Assembly (NCBI GenBank): GCA_937996685.1
Contig: CALKUP010000001.1
Location: 45,322 to 109,321, forward strand
DNA: 64,000 nt
Origin: an uncultured bacterium
Lineage (GTDB): Bacteria; Patescibacteriota; Patescibacteriia; UBA9570; XYC2-FULL-38-9
Direction of reading: 5' to 3'
Positions 1-8,500 of the stretch are shown piece after piece. Below the pieces are notes generated by a model. The model had not been told where the DNA came from, searched no databases, and saw only the letters and a list, made by a program, of their open reading frames with translations. Every line of letters starts with the position of its first letter. The stretch's first letter is position 1. The position numbers and the translations under genes are program-made.

Positions 1-38
1 TGGTAGACTAATTGAGTCTAAAAGTACAGCTATTTTTT

Positions 39-1298
39 ATGAAGCAGAGTCAATTATTTCAACCCCAATTTGCACCTCTTACCGGAACAGCGACTCCAGC
101 AACCGAGCTCGACATCGCGCGCGTGACTCGCGGTCTTGTTGACATGATCCCAAAAGAGGAATTTTTGCGAAAATTACAAACCGGAGAGCGGATGCGGGTG
201 TATATTGGCGCGGACCCAACACGGCCTGATTTGCATATTGGCCATGCGGTGATTTTGCGCGCATTGCGAGGATTGCAAGACCTGGGGCATGAAGTGGTGT
301 TTTTAATTGGTGATTTCACTGGCCGAATTGGCGATCCAACGGGTAAGGATGCGGCTCGGACAGCGCTCAGCACAGAGCAAGTGATGGCGAATGCAGAAAC
401 CTATCGCGAACAAGTCCAGAAAATTATTGATTTTAGTGATTCTGCAAAAACGCCAGCTATTATGGCATTTAACGCCGATTGGCTTGGAAAGTTGTCATTT
501 GAAGATGTGATTCAGCTTGCGAGTCAGTTTACTGTGCAACAAATGCTTGAGCGCGATATGTTCGAAAATCGGATGAAAGACGGGCAACCGATTTATGTCC
601 ACGAATTTTTTTATCCAATCATGCAAGGATATGATTCTGTTGCAATGGATGTTGATGTTGAAGTTGGCGGGACAGATCAATTATTTAATATGCTCGCAGG
701 CCGCAGCTTGCTTAAAACAGCGACAGGGAAAGAAAAAATTGTCTTGACCTTCGAATTGTTACTCGGACTTGATGGCCGCAAAATGAGCAAGTCGTATGAT
801 AATTATGTTGGTATCAATGACGCGCCAAATGAGATGTACGGCAAGTTGATGTCACTCGCAGATGAGTTGATTCCAAGTTATTGGAAATTGTGCACAGACG
901 TATCGGATGCCGAAATTGAGTCTGTAAAAGCTGATTTGGCGAATGGGGTATTACATCCACGTGATGCGAAAATGAATCTCGCGCGAGCGATTGTTGAGAT
1001 CTGCCATGACATTGCGGCGGCACAAGCTGCCCAAGACGCGTTCGTGAGTCAGTTCCAAAAGAAAGAGCGTCCAGATGATATTCCAGAAGTGCGCGTCGCA
1101 GGTGAGTTGAACGCGGTTGATTTGGTGGTAAATGCAGGTTGTGCAAATTCAAAAGGGGAGGCGCGTCGCTTGATTGAACAGGGTGGTGTGAAATTGAACG
1201 ATGAAAAACTGGCTGATATTACAGCAACTGTGTCTGTAAATAGTGGTGATGTATTGCAAGTCGGCAAACGCCGTTTCGCGAAGTTGATTGTTGAATAA
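39..1298 (+). CDS. tyrS: tyrosyl-tRNA synthetase
   Basis: Frame of track ORF 12..1298. Class I HIGH motif (PDLHIGHAV), KMSKS motif and C-terminal S4-like segment (GEARRLIEQGGVKLN). ATG at 39 chosen; a TTG start at 12 is possible. Confidence 0.85.
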   Translation: MKQSQLFQPQFAPLTGTATPATELDIARVTRGLVDMIPKEEFLRKLQTGERMRVYIGADPTRPDLHIGHAVILRALRGLQDLGHEVVFLIGDFTGRIGDPTGKDAARTALSTEQVMANAETYREQVQKIIDFSDSAKTPAIMAFNADWLGKLSFEDVIQLASQFTVQQMLERDMFENRMKDGQPIYVHEFFYPIMQGYDSVAMDVDVEVGGTDQLFNMLAGRSLLKTATGKEKIVLTFELLLGLDGRKMSKSYDNYVGINDAPNEMYGKLMSLADELIPSYWKLCTDVSDAEIESVKADLANGVLHPRDAKMNLARAIVEICHDIAAAQAAQDAFVSQFQKKERPDDIPEVRVAGELNAVDLVVNAGCANSKGEARRLIEQGGVKLNDEKLADITATVSVNSGDVLQVGKRRFAKLIVE

Positions 1299-1346
1299 AA
1301 AAAAGAGGCGAAGGCATCCGAAGTCGTGGACGCGGTTCCGCCTATA

Positions 1347-1382
1347 CAGCGACGCTATGCCGTGCGTCGCTGTTTGTTGTTT
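1347..1382 (+). terminator. rho-independent terminator after tyrS
   Basis: Perfect inverted repeat cagcgacgc...gcgtcgctg followed by tttgttgttt. Confidence 0.6.
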
Positions 1383-1413
1383 GGTGCAGAGAGCTTGAAG
1401 TCAGGAGGTTGGC

Positions 1414-1806
1414 TTACTGCACGTAGAGGACGCAGATCTTGAGCGTCTCGAGCGCTGCCAAGATCTCGTTCAGGTGCAGCTTAGGGTCCCGTCTCCGTGT
1501 CTGGCCCGTTGTTGGGGAGCTGTCCGGGACGTTCTTCCACGGAATGCTCGCGAGATCAAACGAGATCTCGACGTCAAAGACGAGCCTGTCTGTCCACCTG
1601 TCTCCAAGGCGCGTGTGAACTGAACGCCGAGAGCTCATATGTACCGCGATGAGCGCGCGGCCTATGCCTTGAGCGCCGTAGATCGCCTCCTGGACCTGCT
1701 GGTGCGTTACCAGCGGGACCTCAGGGTTGTCCTGAATGGTGAGCCTCAGCGTTTTCGCGAAGTACGGCCTTGCTGGTTTCGTGTCTTGATTTCCGTTCTC
1801 TACCAT
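1414..1806 (-). CDS. hypothetical protein in a moderately GC-rich islet
   Basis: 130-aa ORF with no recognisable motif. It lies in a GC-elevated segment between the tyrS terminator and uvrB. A competing + strand ORF 1639..1884 overlaps it. Confidence 0.3.
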   Translation of the reverse strand: MVENGNQDTKPARPYFAKTLRLTIQDNPEVPLVTHQQVQEAIYGAQGIGRALIAVHMSSRRSVHTRLGDRWTDRLVFDVEISFDLASIPWKNVPDSSPTTGQTRRRDPKLHLNEILAALETLKICVLYVQ

Positions 1807-1916
1807 CTTGTCCTCCGTGAAAAGTGCGTCGCCATTTTGTTCATTTTAGAGCTGTTTGTCAAATATCAATATGCCGTCTTGTGATTTTTTGGGTTTCGCA
1901 GTAAGCTGAAAGTTCT

Positions 1917-3962
1917 ATGAAATTCGAACTCGCAAGCAATTTTCAACCCTCTGGTGATCAGCCAACAGCGATTAAAACACTGGTGAATGCTGTGCAAACA
2001 GATGAAAAAGACGCTATTTTATTAGGCGTGACCGGTTCTGGAAAAACCTTCACCATGGCGAATGTGATCGCGCAGACTCAAAAACCAACGCTCATCATTT
2101 CACATAACAAAACGCTGGCGGCGCAACTTGCTGGCGAATTTCGAGAATTTTTTCCAAAAAACGCGGTTGAATATTTTGTGAGTTATTACGATTACTATCA
2201 ACCAGAAGCGTATATTGCGCGGAGTGATACCTACATCGAAAAAGAAACCGACATCAACGAAGAGATTGATCGTTTGCGGCACGCGGCTGTGCAATCGATT
2301 TTAACGCGGCGTGACACAATTATTGTCGCGAGTGTGTCATGTATTTATGGGCTCGGCAGTCCAGAGAGTTACAAGGCTGGAAGCAAGGATGTTTCAATTG
2401 GCTCATTGAATCGCGAGCAGTTGCTGATTGCGCTTGTCGACATGCAATATTCTCGCAATGATATTGATTTTCATCGCGGAAGTTTTCGGGTGCGTGGTGA
2501 TATTGTTGAAGTGTTTCAAACATCCAGTGAGCATCGGGCACTGCGGTTTGATTTTTTTGGAAATGACCTTGAAGCAATTTCAGAGTTTGATGTCTTAACT
2601 GGCGAGGTGTTCGGGAATTTTCAAACAGTGACTATTTTTCCAGCGACACTCTATCAAGCAGCAGACGAGCATTTTGCAAAAGCGGTCCAAAATATTCGCG
2701 CTGATATGGAGCGGGAAGTGGCGGCGTTTGAAAAGAAAGGGAAGCTGATTGAAGCGCAGCGCCTGGCGCAACGGACAAAGTTTGATTTGGAGATGATTGA
2801 AAACGTCGGCTATGTGAACGGGATTGAAAATTATTCGCGCTATTTTGATGGTCGCGAGCCAGGGTCGCCACCGTTTACATTAATGGATTATTTTGCGGAT
2901 GATTATTTATTGATTATTGATGAGTCGCACCAAACTATTCCGCAAATTGGTGCAATGTACGGCGGTGATCGCTCACGTAAAGAATCGCTGATTGATCACG
3001 GCTTTCGGGTGAGCGGGGCATACGATAACCGTCCACTTCAGTTTGCAGAATTTGAACAACGCATGCCGCAAACAATTTATGTCTCCGCAACTCCAGGGAA
3101 ATATGAAAAAGCGAAAACAAATGTAGTTGCTGAGCAGTTGATTCGCCCAACCGGAATTACTGAGCCGAAAATTATTGTGAAGCCTGTTGCGACGCAAGTG
3201 AAAGATGTGCTGGAGCGCGTGCGTGAGCGGATTGAAAATGGCCAAAGAGCGTTGATTACAACGCTGACAAAAAAGATGGCCGAAGAGCTGACGGAATATT
3301 TGAATGAGCAAGGCATTGCAGTGCAATATATCCATTCTGATGTTGATAATATGGAGCGTCTCGAGATTTTGCGCGATTTGCGGCTTGGGAAATATGACGT
3401 GTTGATCGGTATTAACTTATTGCGCGAAGGTTTAGACTTGCCTGAAGTGTCTCTTGTGGCAATTTTAGATGCAGACAAAGAAGGGTTTTTGCGTTCAGAA
3501 ACAGCACTGACACAAACCATGGGACGCGCTGCTCGACATTTGGAAGGCACGGCGATTTTGTATGCAGATGTGATTACCGGCTCAATGCAACGCGCGATGG
3601 ATGAAATTAATCGACGGCGCACACTGCAAGAGGAATATAATAAGGAGCACAATATTGTGCCGGCTGCGATTGTCAAAGCGATTCGAGACGACCGATTGTC
3701 TGGAATGAAAAAAGTTGAGGAAGTAGATGATTCGCTTATTGATCCAGAAATTACAGACAAGCTCGCTGAGCCAGAATTTGTGCGCGTGCTTGATGAACTT
3801 CGTGGACGAATGCATCTTGCTGCTGAGAATTTAGAGTTTGAAGAAGCCGCCCGTTTGCGGGATAATTTGGATGAGCTTGAAACAGTCTTTCGACAGAAGT
3901 TTGGTGATTTGAAAAAACTGGCGAAACAAGCCAAGTCCGGCAACAGAAAAAAACGTGGATAA
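1917..3962 (+). CDS. uvrB: excinuclease ABC subunit B
   Basis: Walker A motif GVTGSGKTFTMANVI, helicase motifs and a C-terminal UVR domain (EEAARLRDNLDELE); 681 aa. Confidence 0.9.
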   Translation: MKFELASNFQPSGDQPTAIKTLVNAVQTDEKDAILLGVTGSGKTFTMANVIAQTQKPTLIISHNKTLAAQLAGEFREFFPKNAVEYFVSYYDYYQPEAYIARSDTYIEKETDINEEIDRLRHAAVQSILTRRDTIIVASVSCIYGLGSPESYKAGSKDVSIGSLNREQLLIALVDMQYSRNDIDFHRGSFRVRGDIVEVFQTSSEHRALRFDFFGNDLEAISEFDVLTGEVFGNFQTVTIFPATLYQAADEHFAKAVQNIRADMEREVAAFEKKGKLIEAQRLAQRTKFDLEMIENVGYVNGIENYSRYFDGREPGSPPFTLMDYFADDYLLIIDESHQTIPQIGAMYGGDRSRKESLIDHGFRVSGAYDNRPLQFAEFEQRMPQTIYVSATPGKYEKAKTNVVAEQLIRPTGITEPKIIVKPVATQVKDVLERVRERIENGQRALITTLTKKMAEELTEYLNEQGIAVQYIHSDVDNMERLEILRDLRLGKYDVLIGINLLREGLDLPEVSLVAILDADKEGFLRSETALTQTMGRAARHLEGTAILYADVITGSMQRAMDEINRRRTLQEEYNKEHNIVPAAIVKAIRDDRLSGMKKVEEVDDSLIDPEITDKLAEPEFVRVLDELRGRMHLAAENLEFEEAARLRDNLDELETVFRQKFGDLKKLAKQAKSGNRKKRG

Positions 3963-3969
3963 TTGTAGA

Positions 3970-4362
3970 TATATGAAAACAGTACTCGCATTTGGAACCT
4001 ACGACGTCTTTCACAAAGGGCATGAATATTTTTTGCGTGAAGCTGCGAAATTAGGCGATCGGTTAGTGGTGGTTGTTGCGCGCGATGCGAATGTTGAGCG
4101 ACTGAAAGGTCGCAAGTCACACGACTCAGAAGATGTGCGTTTGCAGAACGTTGCGGCGTTTGAAGTGGTCGATGAAGCGCGGCTTGGATATGAAGAGTGG
4201 GGGAAGCACTTGCAGGTGCTTACTGATGTTGCGCCAGATGTGATCGCGCTTGGGTATGACCAAAAAGCGAAATTGCCGCAAGAGTGGGAAGCAAAAGCTG
4301 TGCGATTAGAATCGTTTGAACCAGAAATATACAAAAGCTCGAAGTTGCGACCACAGGAATAA
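3970..4362 (+). CDS. cytidylyltransferase-superfamily nucleotidyltransferase, archaeal RibL-like FMN adenylyltransferase
   Basis: Nucleotidyltransferase motif (H/T)xGH in GTYDVFHKGH, then VVVARDANVERLKGRK...VIALGYDQ, which follows the pattern of the archaeal FAD synthetase RibL. Family assignment is from memory. Confidence 0.55.
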   Translation, partial: YMKTVLAFGTYDVFHKGHEYFLREAAKLGDRLVVVVARDANVERLKGRKSHDSEDVRLQNVAAFEVVDEARLGYEEWGKHLQVLTDVAPDVIALGYDQKAKLPQEWEAKAVRLESFEPEIYKSSKLRPQE

Positions 4363-4396
4363 TGTAGTAACATTGCAAAACGTCAAGGAGGGCGTC

Positions 4397-4603
4397 ATGG
4401 CTTCGCGGGAAGAAGATGAGGTAGAAAGAATAAAAAAAGAGCTCCGTGGTCCGCAGGTGCCGCCTGTGTCGCCGCTTGCCGGCCCTGGCAGGTTCTCGTC
4501 CAGCATGAGGGGTCCCGCGGTCCACGGGCCGGGACCTGGAACATTGCACACAGACGAGGCTGATAGGTGGCCGACGCCACCCGGCTCAAAAAACCCATCC
4601 TGA
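4397..4603 (+). CDS. small Pro/Gly-rich hypothetical protein in a GC-rich islet
   Basis: ATG sits 6 nt after a strong SD (aggaggg). The 68-aa low-complexity product is MASREEDEVERIKKELRGPQVPP.... The segment is very GC-rich compared with its flanks. It could be a remnant. Confidence 0.3.
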   Translation: MASREEDEVERIKKELRGPQVPPVSPLAGPGRFSSSMRGPAVHGPGPGTLHTDEADRWPTPPGSKNPS

Positions 4604-4620
4604 GTCAGTTCCCCAGGTGC

Positions 4621-4664
4621 GCCTGCGAAATACGATTCTTCGTGTTCTTGCAGGCCGTTTTTCC
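4621..4664 (+). terminator. putative rho-independent terminator
   Basis: gcctgc...gcaggc stem with a long loop, followed by cgttttt. Confidence 0.4.
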
Positions 4665-4789
4665 AAAGAACAGCATGCGTGCTGAGTTTTGAAAAGATGT
4701 TTTGTTGATATGGTCTCACATATGCTTTATATTTAGTTAGGCTTACTAAATATAAAATAGCCCGGAGGCGTCTTTACGTAAGGGAATAT

Positions 4790-5206
4790 ATGAAAATTGA
4801 ACAAGATATCGCCCTGCAGATATATAGTCTCATGCGCCTCATGCGTAAAAATGTAACAAATACATTAACGCTCGCACATGAACTCAGTATGGTGCAGATA
4901 CAAGCATTGCAGCTTATTTCCGAAGGACACGAAACAATGCGCGTTCTCGCAAATGAGATGCATGTCAAAATGCCGACATTGACTACACATATCGATAAGC
5001 TTGAAAAAGCGGGATATGTAAAACGATCGCACGATTCAGATGATCGTCGAGTCATTCGTGTCACAATGACCGCAAAAGGAAAAACAGCTTGGAAAAAATC
5101 CATGGATGCAAAAATGGAGCGGATGCAAAAGATGCTCCAAAAAATGTCGCTCAAAGACAAAAAAGATTTACAACGAATTATTACAAACATTTCAAAAGGC
5201 CTATGA
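4790..5206 (+). CDS. MarR-family transcriptional regulator
   Basis: Winged-helix MarR pattern (LTLAHELSMVQIQALQLIS...VKRSHDSDDRRVIRVTMTAKGK). Its stop overlaps the start of the downstream MFS gene (ATGA). Confidence 0.8.
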   Translation: MKIEQDIALQIYSLMRLMRKNVTNTLTLAHELSMVQIQALQLISEGHETMRVLANEMHVKMPTLTTHIDKLEKAGYVKRSHDSDDRRVIRVTMTAKGKTAWKKSMDAKMERMQKMLQKMSLKDKKDLQRIITNISKGL

Positions 5207-6891
5207 TCATGTCCGAGCTTACAAAAAACCAGAAGATCAGTGTGATGGTTGGTGTTATCCTCGCGATGCTCCTGTCAGCGCTTGATCAAACCATCGTCGC
5301 AACAGCGATGCCGCGCATTGCACAAGAGCTGAATGGCTTTGAGCATTTGAGTTGGCTCTTTACTTCATACATGCTCGCGTCGACAATCATTGTCCCTATT
5401 TACGGTAAGTTGTCAGACATGTACGGCCGTAAATATTTCTATATCAGTGGTATTATTATTTTCTTAATCGGTTCTGCATTGTCTGGCGCGGCCCAGGATA
5501 TGACACAATTGATTATCTTTCGCGCGATTCAAGGCCTTGGCGGTGGTGCGATTATGGTGAATTCATTTGCGGTGATTGGCGATATTTTCCCACCAGCAGA
5601 GCGTAGTAAATGGCAGGGGCTCATTGGCGGTGTGTTTGGATTATCTAGTGTTGCTGGGCCACTTATTGGTGGCGCGCTGACAGACGCTGGAAACTGGCGT
5701 TGGGTGTTTTATGTCAACATCCCAGTAGGAATTATTGCACTTGCAGTTGTATGGTATGTCTTGCCGCGAATTGTCCCTGAGGCGCGCAAACGCAGTATTG
5801 ATGTTCTGGGTGCGTTGACAATGGCAGCTTCGTTGATTTGTTTGTTGCTTGCGTGCGTGTGGGGTGGAACAGAATATGCATGGGGATCTTCACAAATTAT
5901 CGGATTATTTGTTGGTGCTGCTCTGTCTCTTGCTGCGTTCATCTTCATTGAATCAAAAGCGAAGGAGCCGATTCTTCCGCTTGAATTATTCAAGTCCCGC
6001 GTGTTTGTGACATCCGTTGCGACAACATTTTTAATCGGCATGGGAATGTTTGGTGCGATTTCATACATCCCACTATTCGCGCAAACAGTGATCGGCGTGA
6101 ACGCGACTCGTTCTGGATTGATTTTGACACCAATGATGGTTGGAATGATTACTTCAAGTGTATTCACAGGGCAGTATATTTCTCGTGTTGGTACATACAA
6201 AAAACTAACAATCGTAGGACTTGCTGTCGGCTCTCTTGGAATGTTCTTGTTGTCACAAATGTCAGCAGACACAACTAATCTGCAATTGATTCGAAATATG
6301 GTGATTGTCGGACTTGGTCTCGGCGTCGGCATGCCAGTCTTTAATGTGATCGTGCAAAGTGCGTTTGATCACAGCAAGCTCGGTGTTGTGACAGCGTCTG
6401 TGCAATTGTTCCGTAGCATCGGAGGAAGTGTGGGTGTAGCAATTTTTGGAACAATCTTGAACAACCGTTTAGCGGGACATATTGACGAAGCAAAAGGAAA
6501 TGCGTTTTTGCAAAATGTTGGTTCGATCGCGCCGCAGTTTAATCCTGATACATTTAATGCGAACACGCTACAGCAAGTCTTAAGTTTTCAAGGAAAGGAA
6601 CGCATCTTTGCGATGTTGCATCAAGCGCCAGCGGCTATGCAAGGACAGTTGATTTCTGGGTTTGAGCAATTTGCAGAAATGATGCGTGTTGGACTTGCCG
6701 ATTCTATCACTGTTGCTTTTACGGGTTCTGCAATTGTAATGGGCGTTGCGTTTGTGATTACATGGTTCTTGCCGGAAATTGCGATCCGCAAAACACATAG
6801 CTCGGCGCTGTCAGAAGGTGGAGCGGAACTTGCCGTAGAGCTCGGTGAATTTGATGCGGCAGACGAGCCAGAACTTGGTCGCGTAAAATAA
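5203..6891 (+). CDS. MFS transporter, DHA2/EmrB-QacA-like 14-TMS drug:H+ antiporter
   Basis: Start MIMSELTKNQ overlaps the marR stop by 4 nt. It has the MFS signature GKLSDMYGRK, about 14 hydrophobic segments and 563 aa. Confidence 0.8.
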   Translation: MIMSELTKNQKISVMVGVILAMLLSALDQTIVATAMPRIAQELNGFEHLSWLFTSYMLASTIIVPIYGKLSDMYGRKYFYISGIIIFLIGSALSGAAQDMTQLIIFRAIQGLGGGAIMVNSFAVIGDIFPPAERSKWQGLIGGVFGLSSVAGPLIGGALTDAGNWRWVFYVNIPVGIIALAVVWYVLPRIVPEARKRSIDVLGALTMAASLICLLLACVWGGTEYAWGSSQIIGLFVGAALSLAAFIFIESKAKEPILPLELFKSRVFVTSVATTFLIGMGMFGAISYIPLFAQTVIGVNATRSGLILTPMMVGMITSSVFTGQYISRVGTYKKLTIVGLAVGSLGMFLLSQMSADTTNLQLIRNMVIVGLGLGVGMPVFNVIVQSAFDHSKLGVVTASVQLFRSIGGSVGVAIFGTILNNRLAGHIDEAKGNAFLQNVGSIAPQFNPDTFNANTLQQVLSFQGKERIFAMLHQAPAAMQGQLISGFEQFAEMMRVGLADSITVAFTGSAIVMGVAFVITWFLPEIAIRKTHSSALSEGGAELAVELGEFDAADEPELGRVK

Positions 6892-6908
6892 TAAAGCACA
6901 AAAAGAAA

Positions 6909-6946
6909 AACGCAGATGATTGCAACAAGCACGTCTGCGTTTTTTT
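6909..6946 (+). terminator. rho-independent terminator after the MFS gene
   Basis: Perfect 7-bp stem acgcaga/tctgcgt followed by T7. Confidence 0.7.
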
Positions 6947-7137
6947 AATAAAGAAAGGCCTGAGAACAGTAGTGTGTTTGGCAGCGTGGTGGACGGTTCG
7001 CCTCGTTGGTTTCAGAAAGCAGGGAGGTGACCTTCCAAGCGCACGGCACGTTCCAGTGTCACTACTTATTCTCAGGCGCAGGTGTTTTACACTATGTATT
7101 ACGTCTTGGTCAAGATAGTTGCAATTTTTATCGTTTT

Positions 7138-7166
7138 TTGATAGTGTTTTGAGGCTCTCAAATTAT
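7138..7166 (+). promoter_or_regulatory. putative sigma70-like promoter of rpsT
   Basis: TTGATA, a 17-nt spacer, then AATTAT, about 50 nt upstream of the rpsT start. Found by pattern inspection only. Confidence 0.3.
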
Positions 7167-7215
7167 ATACACAAATTGTCCCAAACAATTATTATCATTC
7201 TATTTATTCATTCTT

Positions 7216-7479
7216 ATGGCAAATAAAGCAGCAGCAAAAAAAGATTTGCGCCAAACCGCAAAACGTACAGCCCGCAATAACATCAAGCGAAAATCAATCA
7301 AAGAAGCAATGAAAATGCTTGAAAAAGCGTTGAAAGAAGGCGCGTCTGACGTTGAAGCATTGGTTGTGAAGGCGCAAAAGGCGCTTGATAAAGCAGCGAA
7401 AACAAATGTGATTCACAAAAACAAAGCATCTCGCTTGAAATCACAAGTTGCAAAAAAAGCTAAAGCAGTCAAAAAATAA
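7216..7479 (+). CDS. rpsT: 30S ribosomal protein S20
   Basis: MANKAAAKKDLRQTAKRTARNNIKRKSIKEA... is the typical S20 N-terminus; 87 aa. Confidence 0.9.
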   Translation: MANKAAAKKDLRQTAKRTARNNIKRKSIKEAMKMLEKALKEGASDVEALVVKAQKALDKAAKTNVIHKNKASRLKSQVAKKAKAVKK

Positions 7480-7493
7480 TACTGTTCCTACAA

Positions 7494-7526
7494 AAAAACC
7501 TCCAGTGCGGAGGTTTTTTATTTTGT
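7494..7526. terminator. bidirectional rho-independent terminator between convergent rpsT and holA
   Basis: Hairpin cctcc-agtgc-ggagg flanked by an A-run upstream and ttttttatttt downstream. Confidence 0.75.
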
Positions 7527-7540
7527 CCCGTTTTTCATTA

Positions 7541-8482
7541 CTACTCAGGCGTGCACAAGGTTGCAAAGAGTAGGAGAAAGCGACTTTCTGGATCCGGAAG
7601 TTTTCCGGTTTTACTGTCCGCGTCAATATGCGCTAGCTCATTCATCGCGTATTCAAGTTGTTCGACAGTAAATTTCGCGCCGCCTTCCTTGGCCTTTTTT
7701 GCGACAAATTCATGAACACCAGGCAGTGTCGCGTTTGGAGAGAGAGCGAACATCCGTAGTAAAACAAAATGTCGAAACAGAATTGTAGTGAGCAGTTGCA
7801 CTGCTGCGCCGCCGCTGACATGGGCGTGGAGTTCTTTCGCAATCGCTTGAATATTTTTACTACTCACTGCATCAGTGAGCGCAAAAAAGTTTTCCGGAGT
7901 TTCGTTGTTTTGTAATATTTCATCAACAACCGTTTTTGTAATGATTGCCGGATTTTTTTCTTGAGCCATAAACGCAAGCGACTTCACTGTGAGCGCGAGT
8001 TGCCATGTGTCAGCATGGAGCGCATTTGCAAGGTCGCGAGCAGCAGCATCTTCAATAGAGGCTCCCCAGCGAGTGGCTTCTTTTTCAACAAACGCTTTTG
8101 CTTCAAAGGCGGTGAGCGGCGCAAAGGTTTCTGTTTTTTGCGCGAGTTGCAATGCTTCTTTAAGCGTTGATTTTTTTGCGGGCATTGCATCAAGGGCGAC
8201 CAGGCAAATAACATCATCAGATAGGCTGCCGAGTGCGTGCGCGAGCGTCTCTTGATCTGTTTCTGCGAGAGCAAACGGGTCGCGAAGTACAACACATTTT
8301 TTTGTTGAAAACAAATCACCCGCAGTGAGAGCTTGTTTTATTTCGCCAATAGAAGCGACGTCGCATGAAAGGTCAGCAATTGCGCTGTCTGCTGTGTTAA
8401 ATTTTTGCACAAATGCATCACGCAAGACAGTGAGGCGTTGTCGTTTTCGAAAATGGTCTGCGCCAGTTAAAACAATGATCAT
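7541..8482 (-). CDS. holA: DNA polymerase III subunit delta
   Basis: 313-aa ORF directly downstream of polA on the same strand. N-terminus MIIVLTGADHFRKRQ... and overall size and pattern are HolA-like. Family call is from memory. Confidence 0.55.
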   Translation of the reverse strand: MIIVLTGADHFRKRQRLTVLRDAFVQKFNTADSAIADLSCDVASIGEIKQALTAGDLFSTKKCVVLRDPFALAETDQETLAHALGSLSDDVICLVALDAMPAKKSTLKEALQLAQKTETFAPLTAFEAKAFVEKEATRWGASIEDAAARDLANALHADTWQLALTVKSLAFMAQEKNPAIITKTVVDEILQNNETPENFFALTDAVSSKNIQAIAKELHAHVSGGAAVQLLTTILFRHFVLLRMFALSPNATLPGVHEFVAKKAKEGGAKFTVEQLEYAMNELAHIDADSKTGKLPDPESRFLLLFATLCTPE

Positions 8483-8500
8483 AGGGGTTCATTGTACGGA

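Noticed and set aside
3077-4120. 347-aa minus-strand ORF antisense to uvrB
   Set aside because: The product is Ser/Arg-rich and low-complexity. It lies entirely inside a well-supported uvrB reading frame, so it is an antisense artefact.
5709-6332. 207-aa minus-strand ORF inside the MFS transporter gene
   Set aside because: It is antisense to a confidently called transporter and has no motifs.
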